Assembly: GCA_965237955.1 (NCBI GenBank)
Contig: OZ250169.1
Location: 2,240,001 to 2,304,000, forward strand
DNA length: 64,000 bases
Origin: Candidatus Marinacidobacterales bacterium
GTDB lineage: Bacteria; Acidobacteriota; Vicinamibacteria; Marinacidobacterales; SMYC01
Direction: 5' to 3'
How positions within the stretch are numbered: position 1 is the first letter of the stretch; the number at the start of each line of letters is the position of its first letter. Under the pieces are notes generated by a model, which saw only the letters and a list, made by a program, of their open reading frames with translations, was not told where the DNA came from and ran no database searches. Positions 1-10,142 of the stretch are shown one piece after another. The translations under genes and the position numbers were made by a program.

Positions 1-1185
1 ATCTTCGTGCGTTGCGGCGTCAGAGCATTCGCGGTCCAGGCCTCGTCGGGCGCCATGGGCGGGAGCGAGTCGGTCGAGTTCATGAGCGTCTCGGACGCGG
101 GAGAAGATTGGACGGTGACGTGCGCGAGCTGCGACTACGCGGCCAACGCCGAGAAGGCCGCGTCGGTTGCGACGACCGTCGACGATCCTGAGGGCAACAA
201 CGAAATCGAGAAGTTCCCGACACCAGGTATCCGCACCATCAATGCGCTCGCAGAGCTCGACGACGGCGCGTCGGCGGAGCGACAGATCAAAACCCTCCTC
301 TATATCGTGGAGGATCAACCGACCCTGTTTCTTCTGCGAGGCGACCACGAGCTCAACGAGGTCAAGCTCGCCGCGGCGACCGGCACGACGAAGTTTCGGC
401 CGGCAACGCCCGAGGAGTGCCAGGAAGCGCTCGGTGCTCTGCCCGGAAGCCTCGGCGCGGTGGGCGTCACCGAGCTTCCCATCTATGCGGACGACGCGCT
501 GAGACAACGGCGCGGCATGGTCACAGGAGCAAACGAAGACGATTTTCATCTTCGTCACGTCGGCGTCGATCGTGATTTAGACAAACTCCAGCGGCTCAAG
601 TGGACGAGTCTGCGAAACGTCTTGCCCGGCGACGCCTGCGTTGCTTGCGGCAAAGAGCTCGCCGTCAAGAGAACGATCGAGCTCGGCCACATCTTCAAGC
701 TCGGCGTGCGGTACTCCGAGTCCATGAACTTGACTGTTCTCAATGAGCAGGGCAAAGAAGTGCCGGTGGTGATGGGCTCCTACGGCATCGGCATCGAAAG
801 ATTGGTCGCTGCGGTGATCGAGGCGTACCACGACGACAACGGGATTGTGTGGCCGTGGGCGGTGGCGCCTTTCCATATCGTCGTGACGCCGATCTCACTG
901 AAGAACGCAGACGTACTGAAAAAAGCCGAAAGCATCTACGAAGAGCTCGAGAAGAGCTTCGAAGTCCTTTTCGACGATCGCGACGAGCGGCCGGGCGTCA
1001 AGTTCAAAGACGCCGACCTGATCGGTGTGCCCCTGCGCGTCGTCGTCGGACCCAAAGGCCTCGACAAAGGCGTGGTCGAGCTTTTCGAGCGCGCATCGCA
1101 ACAGAAACACTACGTGCCTCTCGAAAAACTTCGAGACGAAGTGATGCGACGCGCCGAAGGACTCGCAAAGGCCTTGCCCCGTTGA
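1..1185 (+). CDS. proS: Proline--tRNA ligase, 5'-truncated by window edge
   Basis: GAMGGSESVEF, editing (INS) domain LRGDHELNEVK, IELGHIFKLG, MGSYGIG motif 3, anticodon-binding DDRDERPGVKFKDADLIG. Confidence 0.97.
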   Translation: MFVRCGVRAFAVQASSGAMGGSESVEFMSVSDAGEDWTVTCASCDYAANAEKAASVATTVDDPEGNNEIEKFPTPGIRTINALAELDDGASAERQIKTLLYIVEDQPTLFLLRGDHELNEVKLAAATGTTKFRPATPEECQEALGALPGSLGAVGVTELPIYADDALRQRRGMVTGANEDDFHLRHVGVDRDLDKLQRLKWTSLRNVLPGDACVACGKELAVKRTIELGHIFKLGVRYSESMNLTVLNEQGKEVPVVMGSYGIGIERLVAAVIEAYHDDNGIVWPWAVAPFHIVVTPISLKNADVLKKAESIYEELEKSFEVLFDDRDERPGVKFKDADLIGVPLRVVVGPKGLDKGVVELFERASQQKHYVPLEKLRDEVMRRAEGLAKALPR

Positions 1186-1210
1186 GCCCGTTGATCATGA
1201 TGAGCGCGAA

Positions 1211-2260
1211 GTGTCTCTAGAAGACTACGGCTGGTCGGATTTCTTCTCGACTTCGCTGCCGCCCGAGCTCGAGGCAGCTCGCGTGGTCCTGGTCAGCGGA
1301 GACTCTCTTCGACTCGTCGGTCGCGACAGGGAGCTCGTGGCAAGTGTTGCCGGCCGACTCAAACACGAGGCCTCGTCCGCGACCGAGCTTCCCGCCATCG
1401 GCGATTGGGTCGGGTTCCGGGAAAACCGCATCGAGATAGTTTTGCCCCGGCGGACACACCTGTCTCGCAAAGTCGCGGGCCGCCGCGCCGAAGAGCAGAT
1501 CGTCGCTACCAACATCGACACCGTGGTCGTGGTGATGGGGCTCGACGGCGACTTCAGCCCGAGACGCCTCGAGCGCTACCTGACAACGGTTGGGGAGAGC
1601 GGGGCGACACCCGTCGTGCTCCTCAACAAAGCGGACGTCACCGAATCACTCAAGGCGCAGCAGCGCGAGGTCGATACCGTTGCAATAGGCGTGCCTGTCA
1701 TCGTGTCGAGTTTGGTGGATGGACGATATGCAAAGGGCATCGACGAGGTGCGCGCTCACCTCCGCCACCGCGAGACCGCCGTACTCGTAGGCTCGTCGGG
1801 CGTCGGCAAGTCGACGCTCATCAACCGACTCCTCGGCGACGACGTTCAAAGAACGCGCGAGGTCCGAGCGTCGGACGAGCGCGGTCAGCACACCACGACG
1901 CACCGGGAGCTCTTCGTGTTGCCCGGAGGGGCGCTTCTCATCGACAACCCCGGAATCCGGGAGATCCAGCTGTGGGCGGACGAACGCGCGCTCGAGCAGA
2001 GCTTCGACGACGTTCGGCAGCTAGCCGAGGAGTGCCGCTACCGCGACTGCGCTCACGGTGAGGAACCCGATTGCGCGGTGAGCGGTGCGGTCGCCTCGGG
2101 CGAGCTTCCCGCGGAACGGCTCGAGAGCTTCCGAGATCTTCAGAAAGAGCTCCGCTCTCTCCACGTGCGTCAGGACGAGTCCGCGCAGCGGGTCGAAAAG
2201 AAGAAGTGGCGCGCTATCCACCGCGAGATGCGGAAATCGGGCCGTCACCGCCCTACCTAG
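1211..2260 (+). CDS. rsgA: Ribosome small subunit-dependent GTPase A
   Basis: Circularly permuted GTPase motifs NKAD, GSSGVGKS, HTTT, DNPG; zinc finger CRYRDCAHGEEPDC. Confidence 0.96.
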   Translation: MSLEDYGWSDFFSTSLPPELEAARVVLVSGDSLRLVGRDRELVASVAGRLKHEASSATELPAIGDWVGFRENRIEIVLPRRTHLSRKVAGRRAEEQIVATNIDTVVVVMGLDGDFSPRRLERYLTTVGESGATPVVLLNKADVTESLKAQQREVDTVAIGVPVIVSSLVDGRYAKGIDEVRAHLRHRETAVLVGSSGVGKSTLINRLLGDDVQRTREVRASDERGQHTTTHRELFVLPGGALLIDNPGIREIQLWADERALEQSFDDVRQLAEECRYRDCAHGEEPDCAVSGAVASGELPAERLESFRDLQKELRSLHVRQDESAQRVEKKKWRAIHREMRKSGRHRPT

Positions 2261-2266
2261 TTTTTA

Positions 2267-2331
2267 TTGAACTCGTTCAAAAATCGCTTGACAGATACCC
2301 GCGGTTTCTGCATAATTTGAACATGTTCAAA
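2267..2331 (+). promoter_or_regulatory. Sigma70 promoter flanked by two palindromic operators (probable TetR autoregulation)
   Basis: TTGACA 2288-2293, 17-bp spacer, CATAAT 2311-2316; TTGAAC-TC-GTTCAA 2267-2280 and perfect TTTGAACATGTTCAAA 2316-2331; GGAGG RBS before ATG 2361. Confidence 0.85.
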
Positions 2332-2360
2332 ATACATCAACCCACCGCAGGAGGTCACTC

Positions 2361-2735
2361 ATGGTCGTCGGAACCTACATCTTGTATCTCGTCGTCAGCG
2401 TCGCGCTTACGATTTGGGTCGGGCGTACGCTGTTCGTGAACGGCCGCGTTTTCCTCATCGACGTGTTCGCCGGCAACGAACCGCTCGCCGACTCGGTCAA
2501 CCAATTGCTCGTCGTCGGCTTCTACCTCGTCAACCTCGGTTTCGTGTCGCTAGCGCTGAAGCTCGGCTACGACGTGACCACGGTCCAACACAGTATCGAG
2601 GCTCTTTCGAGAAAGCTCGGTTTCGTGCTGCTCGTCCTCGGTGGGATGCACCTGTTCAACGTGTACCTGTTCACCAAGATCCAGAAGCGTCCCGAGCCTG
2701 AGCTTGAAAAAGAGCCTGTGGGGAACCGCGTGTGA
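2361..2735 (+). CDS. Small integral membrane protein (about 3 TM), coupled to TetR gene
   Basis: 124 aa, hydrophobic helices, RBS GGAGG, stop overlaps next start (GTGA). Confidence 0.85.
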   Translation: MVVGTYILYLVVSVALTIWVGRTLFVNGRVFLIDVFAGNEPLADSVNQLLVVGFYLVNLGFVSLALKLGYDVTTVQHSIEALSRKLGFVLLVLGGMHLFNVYLFTKIQKRPEPELEKEPVGNRV

Positions 2736-3397
2736 TCACGAAGACGAAGAAAGCCGGCAAGACGCGGGCGCTCATCGTCGACACCGCTATGCGCCTTTTC
2801 CGCGAGCGCGGCTATGAAGAGACCACCATGCGCGCGATCGCGGAAGAGGCGGGCGTCTCCCTCGGTAATGCTTACTACTACTTCCCCGGGAAAGAGAGTC
2901 TCATCCAGGCTTTCTATGGCCGGACGCACGAAGAACACCTGGTGGCGACCGAGCCCATCCTCGAACGCGAACGGGACCTCAAGGCGAGATTGAAAGGTGT
3001 GATGCGAGCGAAGATCGACACCATCATGCCGTACCACCGTTTCGCAGGCGTGCTCTTCCGAACGGCCGCGGACCCGGAAAGCCCGCTCAACCCGTTCAGT
3101 CCCGAGTCCCTGCCGGTCCGCGAACAAGCGACGTTGCTGTTCGAACAGGTCGTCGCCGGCTCCACGGCGAAGGTTCCCGGAAGCCTCGCCGCGGAGCTTC
3201 CCGCGCTCTTGTGGCTCTACCACATGGGTGTGATTCTTTTCTGGGTCCACGATCGCTCGAGCGGCTGCGAGAGAACCTACCGTCTCGCCGATGCGACCGT
3301 CGATCTCGTGGTTCGAGTCATCACGCTTCGAAGTAACGCGTTGTTCCGACCGCTCCTGCGCTCGGGACTCAAAGTGCTGCAAGAAGCGAAGGTTTAA
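2732..3397 (+). CDS. TetR/AcrR family transcriptional regulator
   Basis: HTH LFRERGYEETTMRAIAEEAGVSLGNAYYYFPGKE. Confidence 0.95.
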   Translation: MITKTKKAGKTRALIVDTAMRLFRERGYEETTMRAIAEEAGVSLGNAYYYFPGKESLIQAFYGRTHEEHLVATEPILERERDLKARLKGVMRAKIDTIMPYHRFAGVLFRTAADPESPLNPFSPESLPVREQATLLFEQVVAGSTAKVPGSLAAELPALLWLYHMGVILFWVHDRSSGCERTYRLADATVDLVVRVITLRSNALFRPLLRSGLKVLQEAKV

Positions 3398-3419
3398 CTT
3401 TTGCTGCCGCCGGACCACC

Positions 3420-3885
3420 ACCTGCTCGGGCGATCACGACGACGTTGTCGAGGCCTTCGGGCAGCTCGTTGGGTTTTTCCTCCTTCGTATCGGCGCTGTA
3501 TTTGTGCGTGTAGACCCAGCGCTCGTCGAAGGCGGTGATGCCAACGAGGTCCGCGCCGAACGCTTTGGCGACACGTTTGATCTCCACCGTCATGGCCTCA
3601 GCGGAAGGCACTTCGCGCTTTTGTCCGGCGGCACCTCTGAGGACCTGAACTCATCGAGGAAGCCTTCGCGGCGGTCTCGGTGTTCGCACCGCTCGGCGAA
3701 AACGTCGCTCGCGTACCACGACGCGTTCCGCACCGAGTAGACGTGTTGAGTGAAGCCGTCGACCTCGCGAAAGTGTTTGAGCGGCTTTCGATACGTCTCG
3801 TAGAAAATCTGAGATTTGCGGGAATGGACTTCCGGGTCCCAAAACGAGCGGCAATAGATGTCGTCGCGCTGTCGGCGAGAACAAG
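3420..3885 (-). pseudogene. Reductive dehalogenase (RdhA-like) N-terminal remnant
   Basis: Two frames read QRDDIYCRSFWDP...DGFTQHVYSVRNASW...REGFLD, then IKRVAKAFGADLVGITAFDERWVY...NVVVIA; no Fe-S or cobalamin C-terminal part. Confidence 0.65.
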
Positions 3886-4013
3886 GCGGTGTTTAAGGAG
3901 ATCTACTCTCTCGTCGGTGATGGTGATCAGATGGCATTGATCTTCAATCTCGAGAGCAAGTTGTCGGACGTACCCATTCAGTTTCGCGTCGTTTACGATC
4001 GCGTCAAGGACGA

Positions 4014-4361
4014 CTAGGAGCCAGATCGAAACGCGTTGCGAGCGCCGTCGACGTTCGGGTAGATCTGGAACACGCGCTCGAGTCCGACGAGCTCGATGAG
4101 ACGAGCCACTCGGCTTTCGAGCGCGGCCAGCTTCACGTCACCACCCCGCTCGGCCAGCTTCTTGTGAAGGCGTACCAGCACTGCGATGCCGTAGCTCGAG
4201 ATGAAACCGAGGCGAGAGCAATCGACGATGAGCTTGCGCGCCCCGGCGTCGACGAGCTTCCCGAGCTCGGAGACGAGCTCCTCGGCGTTCGTGGAATCGA
4301 TCCCGCCATCTGCCGAGAGAATCACAACGTCTCGGTCGGTGCCGTGATAGTACAGCTCCAT
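4014..4361 (-). CDS. STAS-domain anti-sigma factor antagonist
   Basis: G.ID...IVDCSRLGFISSYGIAVL pattern, ending LERVFQIY. Confidence 0.9.
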   Translation of the reverse strand: MELYYHGTDRDVVILSADGGIDSTNAEELVSELGKLVDAGARKLIVDCSRLGFISSYGIAVLVRLHKKLAERGGDVKLAALESRVARLIELVGLERVFQIYPNVDGARNAFRSGS

Positions 4362-4363
4362 TG

Positions 4364-4780
4364 TTAGCGCACCCGTTCGCGTTGCATCACCACTTTCGGG
4401 TAAATGCCGAAATGGAACGTGATGCCTTCACCCGGCGCGCCCCAAGCCACGTCCATACGGATCTCATCCACGAAAGGTATCAAAACCCGCAAGCCGACCC
4501 CGTAGCCGCCGATGAACTGATTCACGGCAAAGTCGTTCGACTCGTTCCATGTGTGACCGAAGTCTCCGAACGCCGCGAGCTGGAGACCGATATACGCGGT
4601 AAAGAACGACAAGCTGAACGGGCGCGGCTCCATCAGTAGAAAGCGATACTCGACGGTATTGATGAACTGATTCTTCCCCTCGGTGATGAGCTTGCCTTCC
4701 AGGTCCTCGGAAAACGCGGACGACGCAACGAGGACCGCAGCGACTACGATCCCCGCAAATCTCCGTTTGTCTCCGAACAT
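4364..4780 (-). pseudogene. Omp85/BamA-TamA family outer-membrane protein, internally deleted
   Basis: Signal peptide joined directly to the final beta-strands (NTVEYR...FGDFG...GYGVGLR...IRMDVAWG...FHFG); only 138 aa. Confidence 0.6.
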
Positions 4781-4869
4781 TCCCCTCCCGCCACGCGGCG
4801 ATCAGTATACTGTACGCGACGATCGAAGGCGTTTGCTCTCGGGCGATCGTGTCGCTATAAAGGTTGGCG

Positions 4870-6182
4870 ATGCCAGCCGGACGCTCGGGGCAAATCTCCC
4901 TCTTTCCCATCCTTCTCGTCAACTTCATCGGAACGCTCGGCTTCAGCATCGTCCTGCCGTTTCTGGTGACGCTCGTCGATCGCTTCGGGGGCAATGCCCT
5001 CGTCTACGGAGTCATGGGCGCAACCTATTCGGCGTTCCAGCTCGTCGGCGCACCGGTCCTTGGCCGGTGGTCGGATACTTACGGAAGGAGGAAAGTCCTT
5101 CTCCTAAGCCAGCTAGGAACACTCGCGTCCTGGATCGTGTTTCTGAGTGCTCTTTTCCTACCAGTGACGCCCATCGTCGACGTCGATTCGACGGTCTTGG
5201 GTGCGTTCGCTCTCACGCTCCCCCTCGTTGTTTTGTTCTTCGCGCGCGCACTCGACGGTCTCACTGGAGGCAATGTGTCTGTTGCGAACGCGTATCTCGC
5301 CGACGTCACCGAAGAGAGCGACCGGAAGATGAACTTCGGGAAGATGGCGGTGGTGGGAAACCTCGGCTTCATTCTCGGCCCCGCGCTCGCCGGGCTTTTC
5401 GGCGCGACGCGGTATGGCCAGATCGTTCCCGTCGCGATCGCGCTTGTGATCTCGGTCGTTGCATCCGCCGTCATCGCGTTCTACCTGCCCGAATCGCGCC
5501 CCCGCGTTCTCGAAGCGCCGCCGGAAGGCACGGCGCTCCGTAAAGTGTTTGGGCAGGAGCTGAAGGATTGCTACGAGATCGATGGAGGCGGGAAGGTCGG
5601 GTTCAAGCGAGTGCTCGCGATCCCGCATGTTCCTTTTCTGCTTTTCCTCTACTTCGTGATCTTTCTCGGCTTCAACCTCTTCTATACGGCGTTTCCCGTT
5701 CACGCGGTCCGAGGTCTCGAGTGGTCTATTACCGACATCGGCCTGTTCTACTCGTTCCTCGGCTTGACCACGGTGCTCGTTCAGGGACCGCTCCTGTCGA
5801 AGCTGGGACCGAAGATCTCCGATCGGACGTTGACCGTGATCGGAGCGGCGATCCTCGGTACGGGTTTTCTGTTCTTCACGAGCCCGTCTGGCCCCGTCCT
5901 CTACGCCGGGGCCGCCTTGTTCTCGTTGGGAAACGGCCTGATGTGGCCATCGTTCATGGGCTTTTGGCCAACGCCGCCGGTGAGAGATTTCAGGGCGCCG
6001 TGCAAGGCATCGGGAGCAGCGTTGGCAGTCTGGCGAGCATCGTCGGGCTCATCGTTGGCGGTGTTCTCTATGAGACGCTCGGGCGCGGAACCTTCGTCGG
6101 CTCGTCGGTGCTGATCTACGTCGTCGCCGGCGTCTGCATCGCGTTCGCCTACAGGGCTTCTCGCAACGCGCGCAGCACGTAG
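4870..6182 (+). pseudogene. MFS transporter (TetA/DHA1-like), frameshift near 5960
   Basis: Motif A GRWSDTYGRRKVLL, DGLTGGNVSVANAYLAD; C-terminus LLANAAGERFQGAVQG lies in another frame. Confidence 0.85.
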
Positions 6183-6556
6183 AGCGTCGTCTCGAGGTCT
6201 TCAGGCTCCATATCCTGCTCCACGTCGGGTGCGCGGCGAGCTGCTTCCCGTTGCAGTGCCGCAAGTGTCGCCGCACCTTGCTCGGTCAACTGCAGCAGCG
6301 GCGAGCGTCGGTGGTGCGGGTTGCGTTCGTACGTCGCCAACCCACTCTCGACGAGGCCGTCGGCTACTCTTTGCACGCCCTGACGGCTCTGCGCGAGCCC
6401 TCTCGCGAGTTGGGGGACGGTACCGCCACCGCCTGAGGCCGCCACGAGCAGTTGCCAGCACGCCCTCGACTGTCCGGAGCTTCGCGCCGTCTCCGTTTGA
6501 TGCTCGCGCTGGCGCGCGCCCAGAAGCCGGATTTCCTCGAGAACCAGATCGATCAT
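6149..6556 (-). CDS. MarR family transcriptional regulator
   Basis: TVPQLARGLAQSRQGVQRVADGL...NPHHRRSPLLQLTEQG winged helix; ATG at 6556 directly below the operator. Confidence 0.9.
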   Translation of the reverse strand: MIDLVLEEIRLLGARQREHQTETARSSGQSRACWQLLVAASGGGGTVPQLARGLAQSRQGVQRVADGLVESGLATYERNPHHRRSPLLQLTEQGAATLAALQREAARRAPDVEQDMEPEDLETTLYVLRALREAL

Positions 6557-6557
6557 C

Positions 6558-6592
6558 GACAATATATTGTCATATTGATTATATATTGTCAA
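6558..6592 (-). promoter_or_regulatory. Tandem palindromic operators overlapping the MarR promoter
   Basis: Perfect GACAATATATTGTC 6558-6571; 12/14 copy GATTATATATTGTC 6577-6590; TTGACA on minus strand at 6592-6587. Confidence 0.8.
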
Positions 6593-6814
6593 ACTACGTC
6601 AAAAACGACGACGCAGACACAGAGATTCCAATGTTTTGTTTGATTTGGAGACCCGGCTTAGCTTCTACGCTAACGCCTTCAGCGAGGTTCCAGCTCGTTG
6701 AACTGCCCACGGCTCGTGTTCGAGCTGGACGAGACCCTTGACCTCGCGGTTCATCTCCTCACGACCAAATCGCTTCTGATGTATGCAGACGGTCGCAGTG
6801 GCGCCCGATCCCGC

Positions 6815-7113
6815 ACGCGGTGAACAAGGCGACCGGCGAAGATTACGGACGCATCGACTTGCCCGCGCAAGTCAACACCGCGCCGATGACCTACATGCAC
6901 GAAGGACGGCGATACATCGTGTTGTCGGTCGGCGGACCGGACTTTCCCGCCGAGCACGTCGCTCTAGCCCCCTGGATCTTTGATTACTATACAAAGTTAG
7001 GCTTTTCGCCAGCCCATAAGATTCATAAGATTCATGCACTTAGAATGGTTTCGGCAAGCTCTGCTTTATCTAGTTTGTTCTGATACAGTGGACTAGCACT
7101 GCCTGAAGAGTAG
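6815..7113 (+). pseudogene. C-terminal remnant of a PQQ-dependent dehydrogenase, interrupted by a MITE
   Basis: NKATGE...APMTYMHEGRRYIV; removing the MITE restores the end HVALALPEE-stop. Confidence 0.75.
6964..7096 (-). mobile_element. 133-bp MITE, copy 1 (IS630-derived)
   Basis: Bounded by CTAG at both ends; reverse complement matches 43568-43700 at 131/133; ends resemble the IS630 at 53260-54448. Confidence 0.92.
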
Positions 7114-7114
7114 C

Positions 7115-8657
7115 TCAGCGCAACCAAGCTTCGGGGAACTCGGCCGCTTTCGAGCGGCCGCCATGGCGGAGGACGGCGTCGCCGTGCTTCTTCTCGGTAT
7201 ACGGGACCACGTGCGCGCACGCTTGGTTCTCGAGAAGCTCGTACAATCTATGCCGCAAGGACGCCTTGAGATCGGCCAGCTCTGGGTCATCGATCAAGTT
7301 CGTCATTTCACGAGGATCGTTCACCATGTCGTAGAGCTCTTCCGTGTCCCAAACGCCGTGATACTGAATGAGCTTGTAATCCGGCGTACGGATCGCGAAC
7401 GTCGGCGGCGTGTGCGGGAAATCGTATTCCCAGTAGTACTCGTAGAGAAACTCCTCGCGCCCGGTCCCCGTCATCATTTCCCCGGCTGTCGCATTCCCAA
7501 GGGACAGCAAGCTGACACCTTCGAACTGTTCGGGCATGTTCTCGATGCCGGCGAGCTCCAACACCGTCGGTGCGATATCGAGATTGGCCGCCAGCGCTTC
7601 GACGACAGTCCCAGAAGGAAACAAACCGGGGCCGTACGCTAGAAACGGGACCCGCATCGATTCCTCGTACGCGTTGCGCTTGTCGATCAACCCGTGTTCG
7701 CCAAACAGGAACCCGTTGTCTCCCATGAACAGGATCGCCGTCGTCTCCGTCAGCCCGTTCTCCTCCAAAAACACGAGAATACGGCCGAGGCTGTCATCCA
7801 CCGACGTCAGCGTTTGGTAGTAGCGACGCAAGTACTCGCGCACGTCGAGGTCGCTGTGGTAAGGAAAATCAACGCCGTGCCAGCTGTTTCTCTGGTTCTG
7901 TACCCACATGGGTTTTCCCGCGTAGTTTTCTGCGGTGTTCGCGGCACTCGCGGGAAGCTCGATGGCGGCGTCGGCGTAGAGACCGCGATACTCCTCGGCA
8001 GGATAGAAATCCGCGTGCACCGCTTTATGGGAGAGATAGAGAAAAAACGGTTTGCCGTCATCGCGCTCCTCTCGAAGCCAGCTCAGTGCGTAGTCGGTGA
8101 GCTCGTCGGTGATATAGCCTTTCTGAGGGACGTGTTCGCCGTCGACGTTCAAAACGCTTTCCCTGTTCGGATTGTCACCAGGGTAGTAGTCACCCTGCCC
8201 TTGAAAAACTCACCCAGTGGTCGAAGCCGCGCTGCGGGTCGTCGGTTGCCCCGCCCATGTGCCACTTGCCGATGAACGTGGTCTCGTACCCCGCTTCTTG
8301 AAGATACTCGGGGAAGAACGTCAACCCCTCAGTGCTCGCCTCGTTGTTGTCGACGACGCCGTGGTTGTGCATGTACTGACCGGTCAGGATGGTCGCGCGG
8401 CTCGGTGAGCACAGAGCGGTCGTCACGAAAGCGTTTCTGAAGTAGACACCCTCTTCGGCGAGACGATCCATGTTCGGCGTTTCGAGAAGCGGATTGAGAA
8501 ACCCCATGGCGTCGTAGCGCTGATCATCGACGAGGATGAAGATCACGTTACGCTGCTCGCCGCTCGTAGTCGCGGAAGGCTGATTCGCGGTGGCACATCC
8601 GATGATCCATGCGATCGCCGCGGTGCCGCACCAAAGCTTCGACTTCGCTTTTCTCAT
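7115..8657 (-). pseudogene. Formylglycine-type sulfatase (lipoprotein-like signal), frameshift near 8205
   Basis: ILVDDQR, LCSPSRATILTG, GKWH, GDNG..GEHG..DKR.AYEES; break lies in an A5 run. Confidence 0.9.
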
Positions 8658-9062
8658 AGCGCTCTCTATAATCGTAGTGCGCGTTGGAAGCAACCGGCTT
8701 ACCGGCTCCACCACGAACGAGGACGTCATGATGCAATCTTTCGTCGCCACAGTCTTCGTCATCTCGAGCTCGACCGCGGTCTCGCCCGCCGCGAGCCAGT
8801 CGGGCCTCGCCCAAGAGCTCGATGAAGCGAAAGCTCTTTACCAGAGCGCCAACTTCATTCGTGCAATGCAAGCGCTCGGGGCCGTCGTCCGTGTGCTCGA
8901 CGGCCCGAGGTCTCTTCTATATGAGACGGGCGGAATCGCTTCCTTCCAACCGCCAACCTGCCTTCAGCCACATCCAAGGCTGACGGAGGCGTTCGCCCGG
9001 TGTCACGCGGCGGCATTCGATTCTCGGCCGCCAGCAACTTAGAATCCTAGGTTGAGTCTGGC

Positions 9063-10142
9063 ATGAGAGAGTCTTTGCGGAACGCGACCTCGGTGGTCGT
9101 CAAGATCGGCACGACGAGCCTTTTGGACGCCCGCGGTATGCTCGATCTCCCGGTAATCGCGCGGCATCTCCGGGACCTCGTCGCGTTGAACCGCTCCGGA
9201 ATGCGCACCGTTCTCGTTTCCTCCGGCGCCGTGGGCGCGGGCTGTGTGTGGCTGCAACAGGGCAAGCGTCCGGTGACCATCCCGGAGCTTCAAGGGGCCG
9301 CCGCGGTCGGGCAGTCGATCCTGATGAACGCTTACAACACTTTGCTTTCCCAGGAGGGCTACGCGGTCGCCCAGTTGCTGTTGACGCACGAGGACTTCAA
9401 GAGTCGCGAGCGCTACTTGAACATCCGCAACACCCTGGCAGCGCTTCACGACAAACCGGTGCTGCCGGTTTTCAACGAAAACGATACCGTGGCAACGGAG
9501 GAGATTCGTTTTGGCGACAACGACATGCTCGCCGCGCTCGTCGCCGGCCTCATCGACGCGGACGTCACCGTGTTGTTCTCGGACGTCGACGGTTTCAACC
9601 TGAACGATACCGTGCTCGACGAAGTCCACACGATCACAGCCGACATGGAGAAGGCCGCCGGACCCGGAACCGGCAGCGGTGGCATGGTCACGAAGCTTCG
9701 CGCCGCCCAACACGTGACTCGTGCCGGTGGGTTCCTCGTCGTCGCCAACGGCAAGACCCACACACTGACCTCGATCCTCGACGGCGAGCGTGTGGGAACC
9801 CTTTTTGCTCCGAGGGGTGACCTCGACTCTCGCTCACGGTGGGTGCACGCGCTCGCGGAATCGGGCACGTTGGCCATCGATGCCGGCGGCGCCCGCGCGC
9901 TGCGCGAGCGGGGGAAAAGCCTCCTCCCTGTCGGCGTCACTTCGTGCGAGGGCTCCTTCGAGGTGGGCGACGTCGTCATCGTCGTCGGTCCGGACGGCCC
10001 GATGGCGAAAGGGTTGGTGAACTATCGCGCCGACGACGTACGCCGCATCCTCGGCAAGAAGACGAGTGAGATTGAAACGACGCTGGGACAAAAAGAGTTC
10101 GACGAGATCATCCATCGCGACAATTTGGTGTTGCTGCAATGA
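9063..10142 (+). CDS. proB: Glutamate 5-kinase
   Basis: VVKIGT, VSSGAVGAG, NENDTV, FGDNDML, GGMVTKL, C-terminal PUA domain. Confidence 0.97.
   Translation: MRESLRNATSVVVKIGTTSLLDARGMLDLPVIARHLRDLVALNRSGMRTVLVSSGAVGAGCVWLQQGKRPVTIPELQGAAAVGQSILMNAYNTLLSQEGYAVAQLLLTHEDFKSRERYLNIRNTLAALHDKPVLPVFNENDTVATEEIRFGDNDMLAALVAGLIDADVTVLFSDVDGFNLNDTVLDEVHTITADMEKAAGPGTGSGGMVTKLRAAQHVTRAGGFLVVANGKTHTLTSILDGERVGTLFAPRGDLDSRSRWVHALAESGTLAIDAGGARALRERGKSLLPVGVTSCEGSFEVGDVVIVVGPDGPMAKGLVNYRADDVRRILGKKTSEIETTLGQKEFDEIIHRDNLVLLQ

Noticed and set aside
8200-8210. Programmed frameshift or phase variation at homopolymer breaks (sulfatase, acyltransferase, MFS)
   Set aside because: Runs are 5 nt or shorter, with no evident stimulatory structure; decay or sequencing error is more likely.
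8729-9042. Short signal-peptide/TPR-like ORF upstream of proB
   Set aside because: Looks like another remnant, but too short to assign.
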